A stretch of DNA of 40,363 nucleotides from a virus, in IMG/VR virus record IMGVR_UViG_3300022214_000002. One strand, written 5' to 3'. Positions 25,270 to 33,682 of the stretch are shown piece after piece (positions within the stretch are counted from its first letter, which is position 1; every line of letters begins with the position of its first letter). Under the pieces are notes generated by a model. The model saw nothing but the letters and a program-made list of their open reading frames with translations. It was not told where the DNA came from and did no database searches. Made by a program: the position numbers and the translations under genes.

Positions 25270-26909
25270 TGATTCCCTGTCGCCTCACTAAATGATTTCT
25301 GTGCAGCGCCCATGTCTTTCGCGGCTTGTGCTCCCTGCTGAAGCTGAGCCATTTGCTGAGACTGTGCTTGTTGTTCAGCACGTTGTGCCCTGATCCCGTC
25401 ACGGGTCTCAGTATCTCTGATGTACCTGCGGCTAATGCCGGTCAGTCTAGAGGCGTCAAGTGCCATCTCGTCTAGATCGTAGTTATCCCACACGTCAGGG
25501 TTGACAGCCGCTAGGTTGCCTACCACTGCCATAGTGTCACCAACAGCACGAAGCTCGTCTGCTCGCTGTGAACGAGCCAGAGGGCCTTCAAAGTTAAAGC
25601 GAACATGACCTAACTCCGGACGCATGATCGGTGGACGTGGGAGTAAGGCTCCAGCACGTTCCATGATGTTTAAAGCACGGCCAAGCACGGGGGCTAAGAA
25701 CTCGTACTTCAGTCGTCCAGTGCTGGGTCCTAATAGTTGATGTAAGAACTCCATTCTCTGAGCCACTTCAGTAGCAGACGGTGGTGTCTTTGCTTGCGGA
25801 GCAAACTGTAAGATCTGCTCCGTAAAGAAAATCTGTCTGATCTGTAACTTCGACTCGTTCTCTGGGATCGAGGCGTGGTCAAATCGCGCACCCGATTCAA
25901 GCGGACGAAGTGCACCGTCAAACCTAATACGAGTTAATCCCCCAGGGATCAGTTTCGGCGTGTTGATCACACCGTCATCGATCGCCAACAAGGGAGGATT
26001 CACGGCTAAGGCCCACTGTCTCAGCTTGAGCTGTCTAGCTCTGTTCAACGTAGCGACTTCTGGAAGGGCAAGATGTCCTCTACCGAATCCCCAGACTTCG
26101 CCTGTAGCTGTGTCCCATCGTGGGAATGCAAACGGCCATTCATGAAAGAATGACTCGTGAGCTGGCTCGAACTGCGCTGTATTGGCGAACTCTCCACCCG
26201 CTAAGGGTGTCCGTCCTGCCACGTAATACGTACTTTCGTACCTGTTCTTGCCCATCCTCACGTCGTGCACGACGGAGAGGCGCTCATACGGACGCTCAAT
26301 CATCAGCTTCAGAGTACTGGCTTTGTAGCTGCCCTTGGGCCAACGCTTCAGGATCGCACCTGCTGGAAGTCTGAACTCTCGTGTCTGCTGTCGGATCTGA
26401 CCCATACCATCTTCTTGGATTGTATAGGTGCCGATCGGCTGGCCCTTAAAGAGGAGCCCCCGAAAATCATCCGTCATTCTAAACTGCTCTTCGACTTCAT
26501 TCAGGAATACCCCGCCGGTACCAAACGCGACGATGTCGCGGATCACACCGGGACCTTCTACCTTATAGTTGCTTTCGTTAATCGCGGCAAACAGCCTGTC
26601 CGATGTGTCTGACAGCCAGAACTGAACTTCCGGCAGCAAGTTAATGGCGGGCTCGCTAAACTCAGCCATGAACCAGCGCAAGACATCGGACGTTACTGTC
26701 CCGATGATTAGCGATGTCAATTTGTCGAGGGCATCGATACCTGTGGTGTCGTGAACACGCTCCGTCTTCTTGTATCCTTCAAATCCAGACTTTGTAATAC
26801 TCTGAAGGTTTGGGAGAAGGTACTCAGCAATGCGCTGCCACTCAGATGCGGCTTGTCGCCGCTCACTGATAAGGTATTGATACTCTTGCTGCAAGAACTT
26901 CAAGTCCAT
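25266..26909 (-). CDS. Portal (head-to-tail connector) protein
   Basis: 547 aa. The N-terminus YQYLISERRQAASEWQRIAEYLLPN...DTTGIDALDKL...LRWF matches the podoviral connector pattern. Position upstream of scaffold and capsid. Confidence 0.85.
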   Translation of the reverse strand: MDLKFLQQEYQYLISERRQAASEWQRIAEYLLPNLQSITKSGFEGYKKTERVHDTTGIDALDKLTSLIIGTVTSDVLRWFMAEFSEPAINLLPEVQFWLSDTSDRLFAAINESNYKVEGPGVIRDIVAFGTGGVFLNEVEEQFRMTDDFRGLLFKGQPIGTYTIQEDGMGQIRQQTREFRLPAGAILKRWPKGSYKASTLKLMIERPYERLSVVHDVRMGKNRYESTYYVAGRTPLAGGEFANTAQFEPAHESFFHEWPFAFPRWDTATGEVWGFGRGHLALPEVATLNRARQLKLRQWALAVNPPLLAIDDGVINTPKLIPGGLTRIRFDGALRPLESGARFDHASIPENESKLQIRQIFFTEQILQFAPQAKTPPSATEVAQRMEFLHQLLGPSTGRLKYEFLAPVLGRALNIMERAGALLPRPPIMRPELGHVRFNFEGPLARSQRADELRAVGDTMAVVGNLAAVNPDVWDNYDLDEMALDASRLTGISRRYIRDTETRDGIRAQRAEQQAQSQQMAQLQQGAQAAKDMGAAQKSFSEATGNQ

Positions 26910-26916
26910 TGTGTCC

Positions 26917-27201
26917 TCACTGACCCGTCAAAGTTGGTCCGCCTAATGTCTGTGCGACTTGTGCACCAAGCGGTGAAGTCTTAATATTCATGTTTTGACG
27001 AGCAATCATTTGCCGTCGTCGCTTTTCGTCTACTTTTGCTGCCTGGTCGACTTTTTCTTCGTCAACCTTTTCAGCCCCACCACCAGGAGGCGGAGGAGGA
27101 GCTGTTGGCTTCTTCATCGACTGCGCTATTTGCAATCCCGTGGAGGCTGCTGCTGCGGCCACTGATACGGCCAACGCAGCCGCGATAGCTACTGGGGGCA
27201 T
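26917..27201 (-). CDS. Small protein with Ala-rich hydrophobic N-terminus, PPPPP tract and basic C-terminal region
   Basis: AAAGGA upstream of the ATG. Function unknown. Confidence 0.55.
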   Translation of the reverse strand: MPPVAIAAALAVSVAAAAASTGLQIAQSMKKPTAPPPPPGGGAEKVDEEKVDQAAKVDEKRRRQMIARQNMNIKTSPLGAQVAQTLGGPTLTGQ

Positions 27202-27524
27202 GATCGTTCCTTTCGTTTCTTTCGTTTATACTGATACAAAACGCCTACTGGTTCAAAGGACTTCTTGCCCCATTCAATAACATGAGCAGTATGTCCAACA
27301 AAGTAAATGGCAATGTCCGATTTAAAATACGGGAGCAACGCAAGACAGGCTTTCGTTCCTGTTCCAACTATACCAAGAATCATTAAGTGATCTGGGAAGA
27401 CACTATAAAAACACATCCCATCGTCGGCTACCGACACGTAACAGAAGTCCACCTTACTACTAAACTCAGTGGACAAGTCGGAACGTAACTCAGCCGGAAA
27501 TGTTCCTGGCGGATAGATGATCAT
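27189..27524 (-). CDS. Hypothetical protein (111 aa)
   Basis: TGATG coupling to the TerL stop. Confidence 0.55.
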   Translation of the reverse strand: MIIYPPGTFPAELRSDLSTEFSSKVDFCYVSVADDGMCFYSVFPDHLMILGIVGTGTKACLALLPYFKSDIAIYFVGHTAHVIEWGKKSFEPVGVLYQYKRKKRKERSCPQ

Positions 27525-28921
27525 CAGTCCTCCATCACGTTGAATTCCATGTCGGCTACAGTAGGAGCGTCGTGCATTTCGTCAAAGTCAATCTGAGCCT
27601 GATCACCAGCAGTAGTACTGTTTAGGTAGCGCCTGATAGCGATTGCCCCGTAGGTGAATGCTGACCCTCCGTGCGAGGCCCAGTCGTGGAACTCGTTGTC
27701 GCTGTACTCTTTCTTGTCTTCGTCGTACTCTCTGCGATAGCCTAAGAGGGCTCCCCAGCCTGACCTTTCCGGCACACGATGCGTGACGGCTGGTTTGTGG
27801 AAAAAGCTGATAGGGAATATCCTACGGCCAGCATCCACACGGTCAGCCACACCGAGTTTTTTAAGTTGGATAAAATGAACGCCAAGTCTCCGTGCTGTTT
27901 CGATGCGCGTCTGACCTGTGCCGATTTCAGTGCTCTTAACGTCGAACGGAGCAAAGTGTTTACCATAGCGGTACGTCTTGTCTCTGAGCAGCTTGGCAAA
28001 CTCTGGAATACCACCAGACTCCAAGGGCTCGTAGTCGATCCAGAACGGACGACCATTCTTCAGTTGAAAGAACCAGGTAACAAACTTCAAGCCTGTCCCA
28101 AGGTCTGATACCGTGTGAACAGGAAGATCCGGATCATACGGGTAGTTCCCGTATCGATCTTCTTCTTCACAGGCAATGCACTGGTCCGCAAAATAACTTC
28201 CAATCTGTACGCCAGCAAAAGATGTGTAAAACTCCTGCTGGATCTTTTCCTCAGGCATACCCGAACGTCGTTCGGCTTCGATCATCGAATCAGGAATCAG
28301 CCTGACTCCGTTCCAGTCAAGGATGTCTTCCGCCGTTAGCTTGGAGACTGCCCAGTCTGGATTGTCTTTATTTCTGTCGTAGAGTTCATATCCGTGATTG
28401 TGGCCTCTGGGCGTATAAATGAACATAGCCCATCCACCATTCTTTGCAAGGATGGGTCGGATATAGTCCCAGCCTGCGGCTTTTTGTACTGAGTACTCTG
28501 AGAGAACGGCTCCAACACAGTTTGTACCAAGCGCTGATGTATCAAACGTGTCGATACCAACAAGTTGGATTATTGATCCGTTAACAAGGGAAACTTGTAA
28601 CTCGGATTCATTCGGATCTCCTGTGATGATCTCTTTTGGAATGTAGTCACGGAAACGCATTCCGTCGTCTGTCATTCCATCCCAAATGATGCGCTTCGCT
28701 TGCTTGTGCGTCGGTAGAAAGTAAAAGTAAGTCCCTACCCTCTCAAGAGCCCGTGCAACCATGAAGTTAATCGCGGTCAAGTCTTTGCCAGCCCGACGAG
28801 GCCAGACGAGGATAAACCGCTTAAACCCTTCGTGCCATTTCACAAATGGGAATTCTTGATAGGGATAGGGATTATACTTCCAGTCTGGACTAAGATCCAT
28901 CTCTTGAATAATTTCAGGCAT
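27524..28921 (-). CDS. Terminase large subunit
   Basis: GGAGGA upstream. PYQEFPF...ILVWPRRAGKDLT Walker A region, 465 aa, acidic nuclease-domain residues in the C-terminal half. Confidence 0.9.
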   Translation of the reverse strand: MPEIIQEMDLSPDWKYNPYPYQEFPFVKWHEGFKRFILVWPRRAGKDLTAINFMVARALERVGTYFYFLPTHKQAKRIIWDGMTDDGMRFRDYIPKEIITGDPNESELQVSLVNGSIIQLVGIDTFDTSALGTNCVGAVLSEYSVQKAAGWDYIRPILAKNGGWAMFIYTPRGHNHGYELYDRNKDNPDWAVSKLTAEDILDWNGVRLIPDSMIEAERRSGMPEEKIQQEFYTSFAGVQIGSYFADQCIACEEEDRYGNYPYDPDLPVHTVSDLGTGLKFVTWFFQLKNGRPFWIDYEPLESGGIPEFAKLLRDKTYRYGKHFAPFDVKSTEIGTGQTRIETARRLGVHFIQLKKLGVADRVDAGRRIFPISFFHKPAVTHRVPERSGWGALLGYRREYDEDKKEYSDNEFHDWASHGGSAFTYGAIAIRRYLNSTTAGDQAQIDFDEMHDAPTVADMEFNVMED

Positions 28922-28949
28922 CGCCTTGTTGATCCTCCAGACTGTTGAG

Positions 28950-29045
28950 TTAGTTTTTCTGAATGAGTCGCGCCTCTAATTCTGCAATGCGCTCTTCAAG
29001 TTCTTCTATTTTCTCTGCAAGTGCGTTTAACAGTTCTGTGTTCAT
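28950..29045 (-). CDS. Tiny coiled-coil protein (31 aa)
   Basis: Own translation MNTELLNALAEKIEELEERIAELEARLIQKN. ATGA overlap with the upstream stop. Confidence 0.35.
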   Translation of the reverse strand: MNTELLNALAEKIEELEERIAELEARLIQKN

Positions 29046-29236
29046 GACGCCCCCAATGCTCCAACCGAAGTTAAACTCTCATGTCGCTTCTTCTGTTCCT
29101 CAAGCTTCATCTTCTTGGCGTAGGCCTTCTCAAACCACTCCAACGTTTCGTGTGAGACTTTGCCTTCATGTCGAAGAGCCCTCGCCGTCTCGGTAACCTC
29201 TCGCCCCCGATATTTTCTCTCGTCATGCTCGTCCAT
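29042..29236 (-). CDS. Hypothetical protein (64 aa), charged
   Basis: ORF-track ORF, coupled to neighbours on both sides. Confidence 0.5.
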   Translation of the reverse strand: MDEHDERKYRGREVTETARALRHEGKVSHETLEWFEKAYAKKMKLEEQKKRHESLTSVGALGAS

Positions 29237-29342
29237 ATCGTCGCTCCGTTATTTCATCAAGATGTTCATTGCAGAGATAGCACGTCTTGTCTTGCTGAAA
29301 GCAGTACCAGATCATACACGAAAAGCAGAGTAGATACTTCAT
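29223..29342 (-). CDS. Tiny Cys-rich (zinc-binding-like) protein (39 aa)
   Basis: Own translation MKYLLCFSCMIWYCFQQDKTCYLCNEHLDEITERRYGRA. ATGA overlap with the upstream stop. Confidence 0.35.
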   Translation of the reverse strand: MKYLLCFSCMIWYCFQQDKTCYLCNEHLDEITERRYGRA

Positions 29343-29776
29343 ACAATCTCTCCCCTGTCTCGGAGTTTATCTTTGCCAGCACCACGAACTAACATGCGCC
29401 CACGCAGGACACGTAAATCATGCAAGCTGAGCAACCGAATCCGGCTGTACTGTCCTTTACGAACCATCGTCCTGCGATATACAGGCGGGTCCAGTTGCGG
29501 CTTGCAGACCTTCAGGAGCCAGCGAATGTACTCCTTGGTACATGGAAGTGCGGTGGCAGCCCAGTCAAGGTCTACCATCGGGCCGAACTTCTCCTCGCCG
29601 GTTACGATTGATAACACAAAGTTCACTGGCTTCCCGAAGTGTCTAGAACTCGGATGCCGTTGAGCACGTTCGACTTGATTTAGGAACGTCCGTATCTGTT
29701 CAACGAACTCGTCTACATGTTCTCGCGTGGCGATGACATGTCCCGTCATTGTTGACTTCTGCCGGAGTTCATTCAT
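29339..29776 (-). CDS. Hypothetical protein (145 aa); possible DNA-binding or small-terminase candidate, by position only
   Basis: GTGGAG upstream. Lies three mini-ORFs upstream of TerL. No recognisable motif. Confidence 0.55.
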   Translation of the reverse strand: MNELRQKSTMTGHVIATREHVDEFVEQIRTFLNQVERAQRHPSSRHFGKPVNFVLSIVTGEEKFGPMVDLDWAATALPCTKEYIRWLLKVCKPQLDPPVYRRTMVRKGQYSRIRLLSLHDLRVLRGRMLVRGAGKDKLRDRGEIV

Positions 29777-29777
29777 A

Positions 29778-31187
29778 TCAATACTCCACGGTCTGGTTTG
29801 TCTTGGCCGTACTGTCTAACTTGTAAATCGTAGACTCTCGATACTCTTGTCCGTTGTACCAGGCTTTCCCTGGACCACGAAAGGCATTGAGTGAGAAGGC
29901 ACTTGTGTTCACTGACGGCACTGCATAGATCCAGTACTGCGACTCGGCTTCAAAGATATTCCCGACGATCTGCCATCCGCCAAAGGCATCGTTACCAGGC
30001 TCGTTCGACTTATCGATGTAGAGACCAACTTCTCCCCCACGAGAAATGTTGTTACTAAACACGCTCGTCTCTGTACTGTCGTTTGCAAGTTTGTAGTTAC
30101 GGATGTTGTCGAACGACGTGTTCCCAGAAATGATACAGGCCCCGCCGTATCCAGTCCGCTCTTCTATCCCGTTATTGCCGGAGGCATTGTTTGCGGTGTA
30201 GTGCCTGTGTCCAAATACTGTGTTATTCAGGATGCGACACCCAACGGTTCTGTTCTGACTATTCCCCCACACTTCGATCCCGTCTGATTCGTTTTCATAC
30301 ACGACGTTCCCTTGGATGGTGATATAGGGAGACATCTCGCTCCCAATCCCGTAGGACTCACCCAGCATGGGAAAGGCCAGCCGTGAGTTGTAATAGGAGA
30401 TGTTCTCGCGAATGATGACGTTTGCAGCCATGTGGCTGTAGATCCCATCTCCGTTTGCAAAGGTGCGACAGCGGCTAATCACGACATGTTGAATCAGATA
30501 TGGGTCCGTGGCTGTCCCGTCTAGGGACACGCCCCCGCGTCTGTTTCCATGCGCGACACACTTATCGATCGTGATATGGTGCGTATTCGGTATGGACGAG
30601 TTCTGCACTCGAATCCCATGTCCGTAGTTATTACGTGAGATCGCGCCTACCGACGTAATGTAGCTGCTTCCCCCTGCAATGAAGAGCCCGTGTCCACGTG
30701 TGGCCCCTGGTGTTGGTGACGACTCGGTGTTTGACTGTGTCACGGTTGAGTACATCTGAATATGTGTTACACTCCTCGTGACAAGCTGTGCGCCATACAA
30801 CCCCGTATTGGATGTGGGGCCTGTAATCGACACGTTCCGGATCACGAGGTAGTGACTGTCTTGAATCAAGAACCCGTAGGGCGTTGTGCCGGTGAGTGTC
30901 ACCGTGGCAGGTGTCCCTCCTGGGCATGACCAGTCATAGGTAATCGGAAGAGAACTTGTTCCCGCACGATTATGCAGCTCAACAGGAGGCTGCAACGGTC
31001 CGCACAAAAAGACAGTATCTCCTGGTGCGGGTGTGCACGACGGGTCCGTCAAGCCTTGACATGCATTGGATGCACTCGACCCCGATCCGTTGCCTGAATA
31101 GACTTGGGCGACATACAGGTTTGCAGCCAGAGTGAGTGATGGAAGACTCAACCCACATAAGACTACCGTACTAATTCTTTGGAGCAC
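29778..31187 (-). CDS. Right-handed parallel beta-helix protein (polysaccharide lyase/depolymerase-like) with N-terminal signal-peptide-like segment
   Basis: Repeated beta-helix signatures (NVSITG, HGIRVQNS, HGNRRGGVSLDG, ANGDGIYS, NESDGIEVWG, NNGIEE). GTG 31187 gives MLQRISTVVLCGLSLPSLTLAANLYVAQ. Alternative starts at 31256 and 31334. Confidence 0.75.
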   Translation of the reverse strand: MLQRISTVVLCGLSLPSLTLAANLYVAQVYSGNGSGSSASNACQGLTDPSCTPAPGDTVFLCGPLQPPVELHNRAGTSSLPITYDWSCPGGTPATVTLTGTTPYGFLIQDSHYLVIRNVSITGPTSNTGLYGAQLVTRSVTHIQMYSTVTQSNTESSPTPGATRGHGLFIAGGSSYITSVGAISRNNYGHGIRVQNSSIPNTHHITIDKCVAHGNRRGGVSLDGTATDPYLIQHVVISRCRTFANGDGIYSHMAANVIIRENISYYNSRLAFPMLGESYGIGSEMSPYITIQGNVVYENESDGIEVWGNSQNRTVGCRILNNTVFGHRHYTANNASGNNGIEERTGYGGACIISGNTSFDNIRNYKLANDSTETSVFSNNISRGGEVGLYIDKSNEPGNDAFGGWQIVGNIFEAESQYWIYAVPSVNTSAFSLNAFRGPGKAWYNGQEYRESTIYKLDSTAKTNQTVEY

Positions 31188-31467
31188 TAACCGTAGCAAA
31201 TACACGAACACCCCCAGTTGTGCTAATCCACCAATCTGACTTCCGAGAGATTGCATCAAGCTTGACTGTGTACCATCCCACCGGAACAGTCGTGCTAATG
31301 ATCTGCACGGGTGACGCCCCTGAAGGGTTGTCACTAATTTCTACAATCTGCGTCGTTGAGGCGACGTTGAATATGAGTGTGCCTAAGATCGCTCCTGGGC
31401 CTGATTTCGTTAACTGCGAATTGGCACTGCCCAAAGCTGTGCCTGGTGCAACGGTAATTAAGTGCAT
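31171..31467 (-). CDS. Hypothetical beta-rich protein (98 aa); first gene after the large non-coding region
   Basis: AAGGGAG 4 nt upstream of the ATG. Confidence 0.65.
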   Translation of the reverse strand: MHLITVAPGTALGSANSQLTKSGPGAILGTLIFNVASTTQIVEISDNPSGASPVQIISTTVPVGWYTVKLDAISRKSDWWISTTGGVRVFATVSAPKN

Positions 31468-31581
31468 GATGCTCCCTTTCTATTTTCTATGGCCGTTTTT
31501 AATACGATGTAAAAAATGGAATACTTGTTCACTGCTCTAGACGCACATGGACCTTGCTCGTTTTTAACCCCCACCCCCTTG

Positions 31582-31697
31582 ATCTACGTATAAACAACTA
31601 AGGGGACCCTTTGCTTAATGAAAAATACTTAGTACGTAGTAGTACTGTACGTAGAAACGAGTTACGTAGTTACAACTAGGTGGGCACATCTACGTGG
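31582..31697. repeat. Array of TACGTA palindromes (4 perfect copies plus 1 TACGTG)
   Basis: TACGTA at 31585, 31633, 31648 and 31663; TACGTG at 31691. The three TACGTAG copies are phased at exactly 15 bp. Confidence 0.8.
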
Positions 31698-31706
31698 AAA
31701 CAGAAG

Positions 31707-31880
31707 CACTAGTAATACACATAGTCTATGCCCCCTCACTAGTAAGACTTTACACCGTGGATTGGTCACTAGTAATACATTGCATCTAACTAGTAACTAG
31801 CTCCACGTTGTTACGCTAGTTTAGTAATACTCGTTATCTAGTATTACTAGTTATATATTATATTAATATATAATACTAGG
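31707..31880. repeat. Array of ACTAGT palindromes (5 perfect, 4 one-mismatch copies) ending in a 25-nt pure A/T tract
   Basis: CACTAGTAATACA at 31707 and 31767, and CACTAGTAAGAC at 31737 (30-bp phasing). ACTAGT also at 31789 and 31846. Palindrome CTAGTAtTACTAG at 31838-31850. A/T-only stretch 31851-31875. Confidence 0.8.
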
Positions 31881-32088
31881 GCCGGAATAGTAGCTGTTAG
31901 TCCTTGTGCCGATCGTTAAACGTGTCGATTCGATGCTGTATCTCACCAATCACGATAGCTAACAAGGCGACTGCCATGATCGTCCAGAATATGCTATCCA
32001 TTGTCTTAAACATCAGACATAATACCTTTCTAGTAGTTTGTCATACAATCGAGCAAATAATAAGACAGCAAGTAGTAGTAAATGCTCC

Positions 32089-32493
32089 TCAACTGAGTTC
32101 AGCATTGGTCGTAATCTCCTCAGGCTTGGGAGTGATATTCTTGGGGTCTTTCATTCCCTTTGTGGCGAATGCTGGTAACTTGACAACGGCCTTGATTGTA
32201 ACCTTAGGTGCCTCTTGTTTCTTGACTCCAACAAGACCTAGGTTAATTGCTTGATCGATTGCCTTGCCTTGTGTGGCATGATCCACCATAGGCTTGGTAT
32301 ACACGATCGTTCCCTTATAGTTAAACACCTTAACCTCTGTGGCCTGCATCCGCTTGACCGTCTTATCAAAGACCTTACGGAGCAATTGTGCTCTGTCTTC
32401 CTTCGTGATACCCGCTCTTGCGAATATCTCTTCGTTGATATCTGGGACTGTGGGGAGGTTTCTGACTGTGTTATCTTTTCGTGCCTTGCTCAT
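32089..32493 (-). CDS. Hypothetical protein (134 aa); weak resemblance to terminase small subunit
   Basis: The C-terminal DHATQGKAIDQAINLGLVG recalls the Terminase_2 C-terminal motif, but no N-terminal HTH was seen. It is separated from TerL by 3 kb. Confidence 0.5.
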   Translation of the reverse strand: MSKARKDNTVRNLPTVPDINEEIFARAGITKEDRAQLLRKVFDKTVKRMQATEVKVFNYKGTIVYTKPMVDHATQGKAIDQAINLGLVGVKKQEAPKVTIKAVVKLPAFATKGMKDPKNITPKPEEITTNAELS

Positions 32494-32496
32494 ATC

Positions 32497-32691
32497 TTAG
32501 GCCTCACTCATGAAAACACATTGCAGTTTGTAGACTGTACCCTTTGGGTAGGTATACTCCATGTCTTGCTGTATTCTGTCTCGATCAAGAATACACTCGT
32601 TATGAGCATTGACGCCAGTATATGTATTCAGCTGGTGCGTATGAGACACGCCAGTAGGTGCCGATATCAGAACCAAGAATAAGTACCACAT
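32497..32691 (-). CDS. Small protein with signal-peptide-like N-terminus (64 aa)
   Basis: GAGG 7 nt upstream of the ATG. MWYLFLVLISAPTGVS... First gene of the leftward operon. Confidence 0.45.
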   Translation of the reverse strand: MWYLFLVLISAPTGVSHTHQLNTYTGVNAHNECILDRDRIQQDMEYTYPKGTVYKLQCVFMSEA

Positions 32692-32814
32692 AATAAGGCC
32701 TCATACGTAGATTTTAGGGTATCTCATAAGATATAAGACGGCAAACTAGCCTTTTGTCTCACATAGGTCTAACCTGTTGATTTTATTATATGAAAAAATA
32801 TGTGGCTATCGTAC

Positions 32815-32843
32815 TTGACAAGTCAAACTGTAGCTGGTAGAGT
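32815..32843 (+). promoter_or_regulatory. Sigma70-like early promoter candidate for the rightward early operon
   Basis: TTGACA (32815-32820), a 17-nt spacer, then TAGAGT (32838-32843). Lies ~40 nt upstream of the first + strand ORF. Confidence 0.45.
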
Positions 32844-32952
32844 AGCCATTGACATGAGAGTGTCGTAAGAAAGGTAGGTGAGTTATGGTGACCATGTTTG
32901 ACGGAAAGACTAAGTTGAACATGGTCCTACTCACTCTTACATGGAGAGAATT

Positions 32953-33681
32953 ATGAAATACTGCCTCTGGCATGGAGAAGAATACGGTGAGGAGTGTTTA
33001 GGTTGTCTCTATGATCAACAAGAACAACCCTTTGAAGACGTACTCAAGGATTTACACGCAATAGCCGATAAGACACTAACCAGGGAGGTTACTATGAAAA
33101 CACAAGACCAGCTAGACAGAGAATGGTTTGAAAGAACGATTGCGATTGATACTCAGGCTGGAGCAAGTTATGATCAAGTTACTGCAGAAATACAAGCTAT
33201 TAGTGATTGGTACGACAAGACGCCAAGCATCATAAACGAACAAACCGTGACCATGTATCACTGCTTCTCGAATGAATGTCACGATCAAGCCAAGTGGCTA
33301 ACAAAGAAGCACAACGTCAAGATTGAATTGGTCACAGGTCAACCCTACCTTACCCTTGAGGAAATGTCTGCAGACATCCGCCAGGGAATTCTGAAGATTA
33401 CAACCGATAACACAAATCATCCGATTATGTTTCTTGAAGATACGATAGCCTTAAGAATTTGGCATGATCTGACCCACTACGAAATCCAAGCAAACTTTGG
33501 GTTCTATGGTGAGGTTAGAACCTACGAAGCACAATGTCTACACGTGGAAACCTCTTGGCGAAACCAAGTCTACTTGCAACATGTCTTATACTGTGATATA
33601 GTAGGACAGGTCGCTAACGGTTTGGTTCATCGTGTATTTCCAGAGCAGAAAGTATTCACCCTTTACTCAAGGAGTAACTAA
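32953..33681 (+). CDS. Early protein (242 aa), N-terminal Cys/His cluster; function unknown
   Basis: ATG 32953 after GGAGAG (the track ORF starts at 32941). MKYCLWHGEEYGEECLGCLY then a globular domain with WHDLTHYE. Confidence 0.65.
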   Translation: MKYCLWHGEEYGEECLGCLYDQQEQPFEDVLKDLHAIADKTLTREVTMKTQDQLDREWFERTIAIDTQAGASYDQVTAEIQAISDWYDKTPSIINEQTVTMYHCFSNECHDQAKWLTKKHNVKIELVTGQPYLTLEEMSADIRQGILKITTDNTNHPIMFLEDTIALRIWHDLTHYEIQANFGFYGEVRTYEAQCLHVETSWRNQVYLQHVLYCDIVGQVANGLVHRVFPEQKVFTLYSRSN

Positions 33682-33682
33682 C

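Noticed and set aside
31707-31796. The 30-bp phased repeats considered as a mini-CRISPR array
   Set aside because: Only 12-13 nt are conserved per unit, there are only three units, and there are no cas genes or a leader. Periodic protein-binding sites fit better.
31714-31845. TAATAC motifs resembling the start of T7-type RNAP promoters (TAATACGACTCACTATA)
   Set aside because: Similarity stops after six nucleotides, and the genome encodes no single-subunit RNA polymerase.
31904-32254. 116-aa + strand ORF, and the 106-aa + strand ORF at 31220-31540
   Set aside because: They overlap - strand genes that have good RBSs. Their sequences are hydrophobic or low-complexity without an RBS, and no + strand promoter context makes sense. 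A 34-aa - strand mini-ORF at 31897-32001 was also seen but lacks an RBS, so it was not called.
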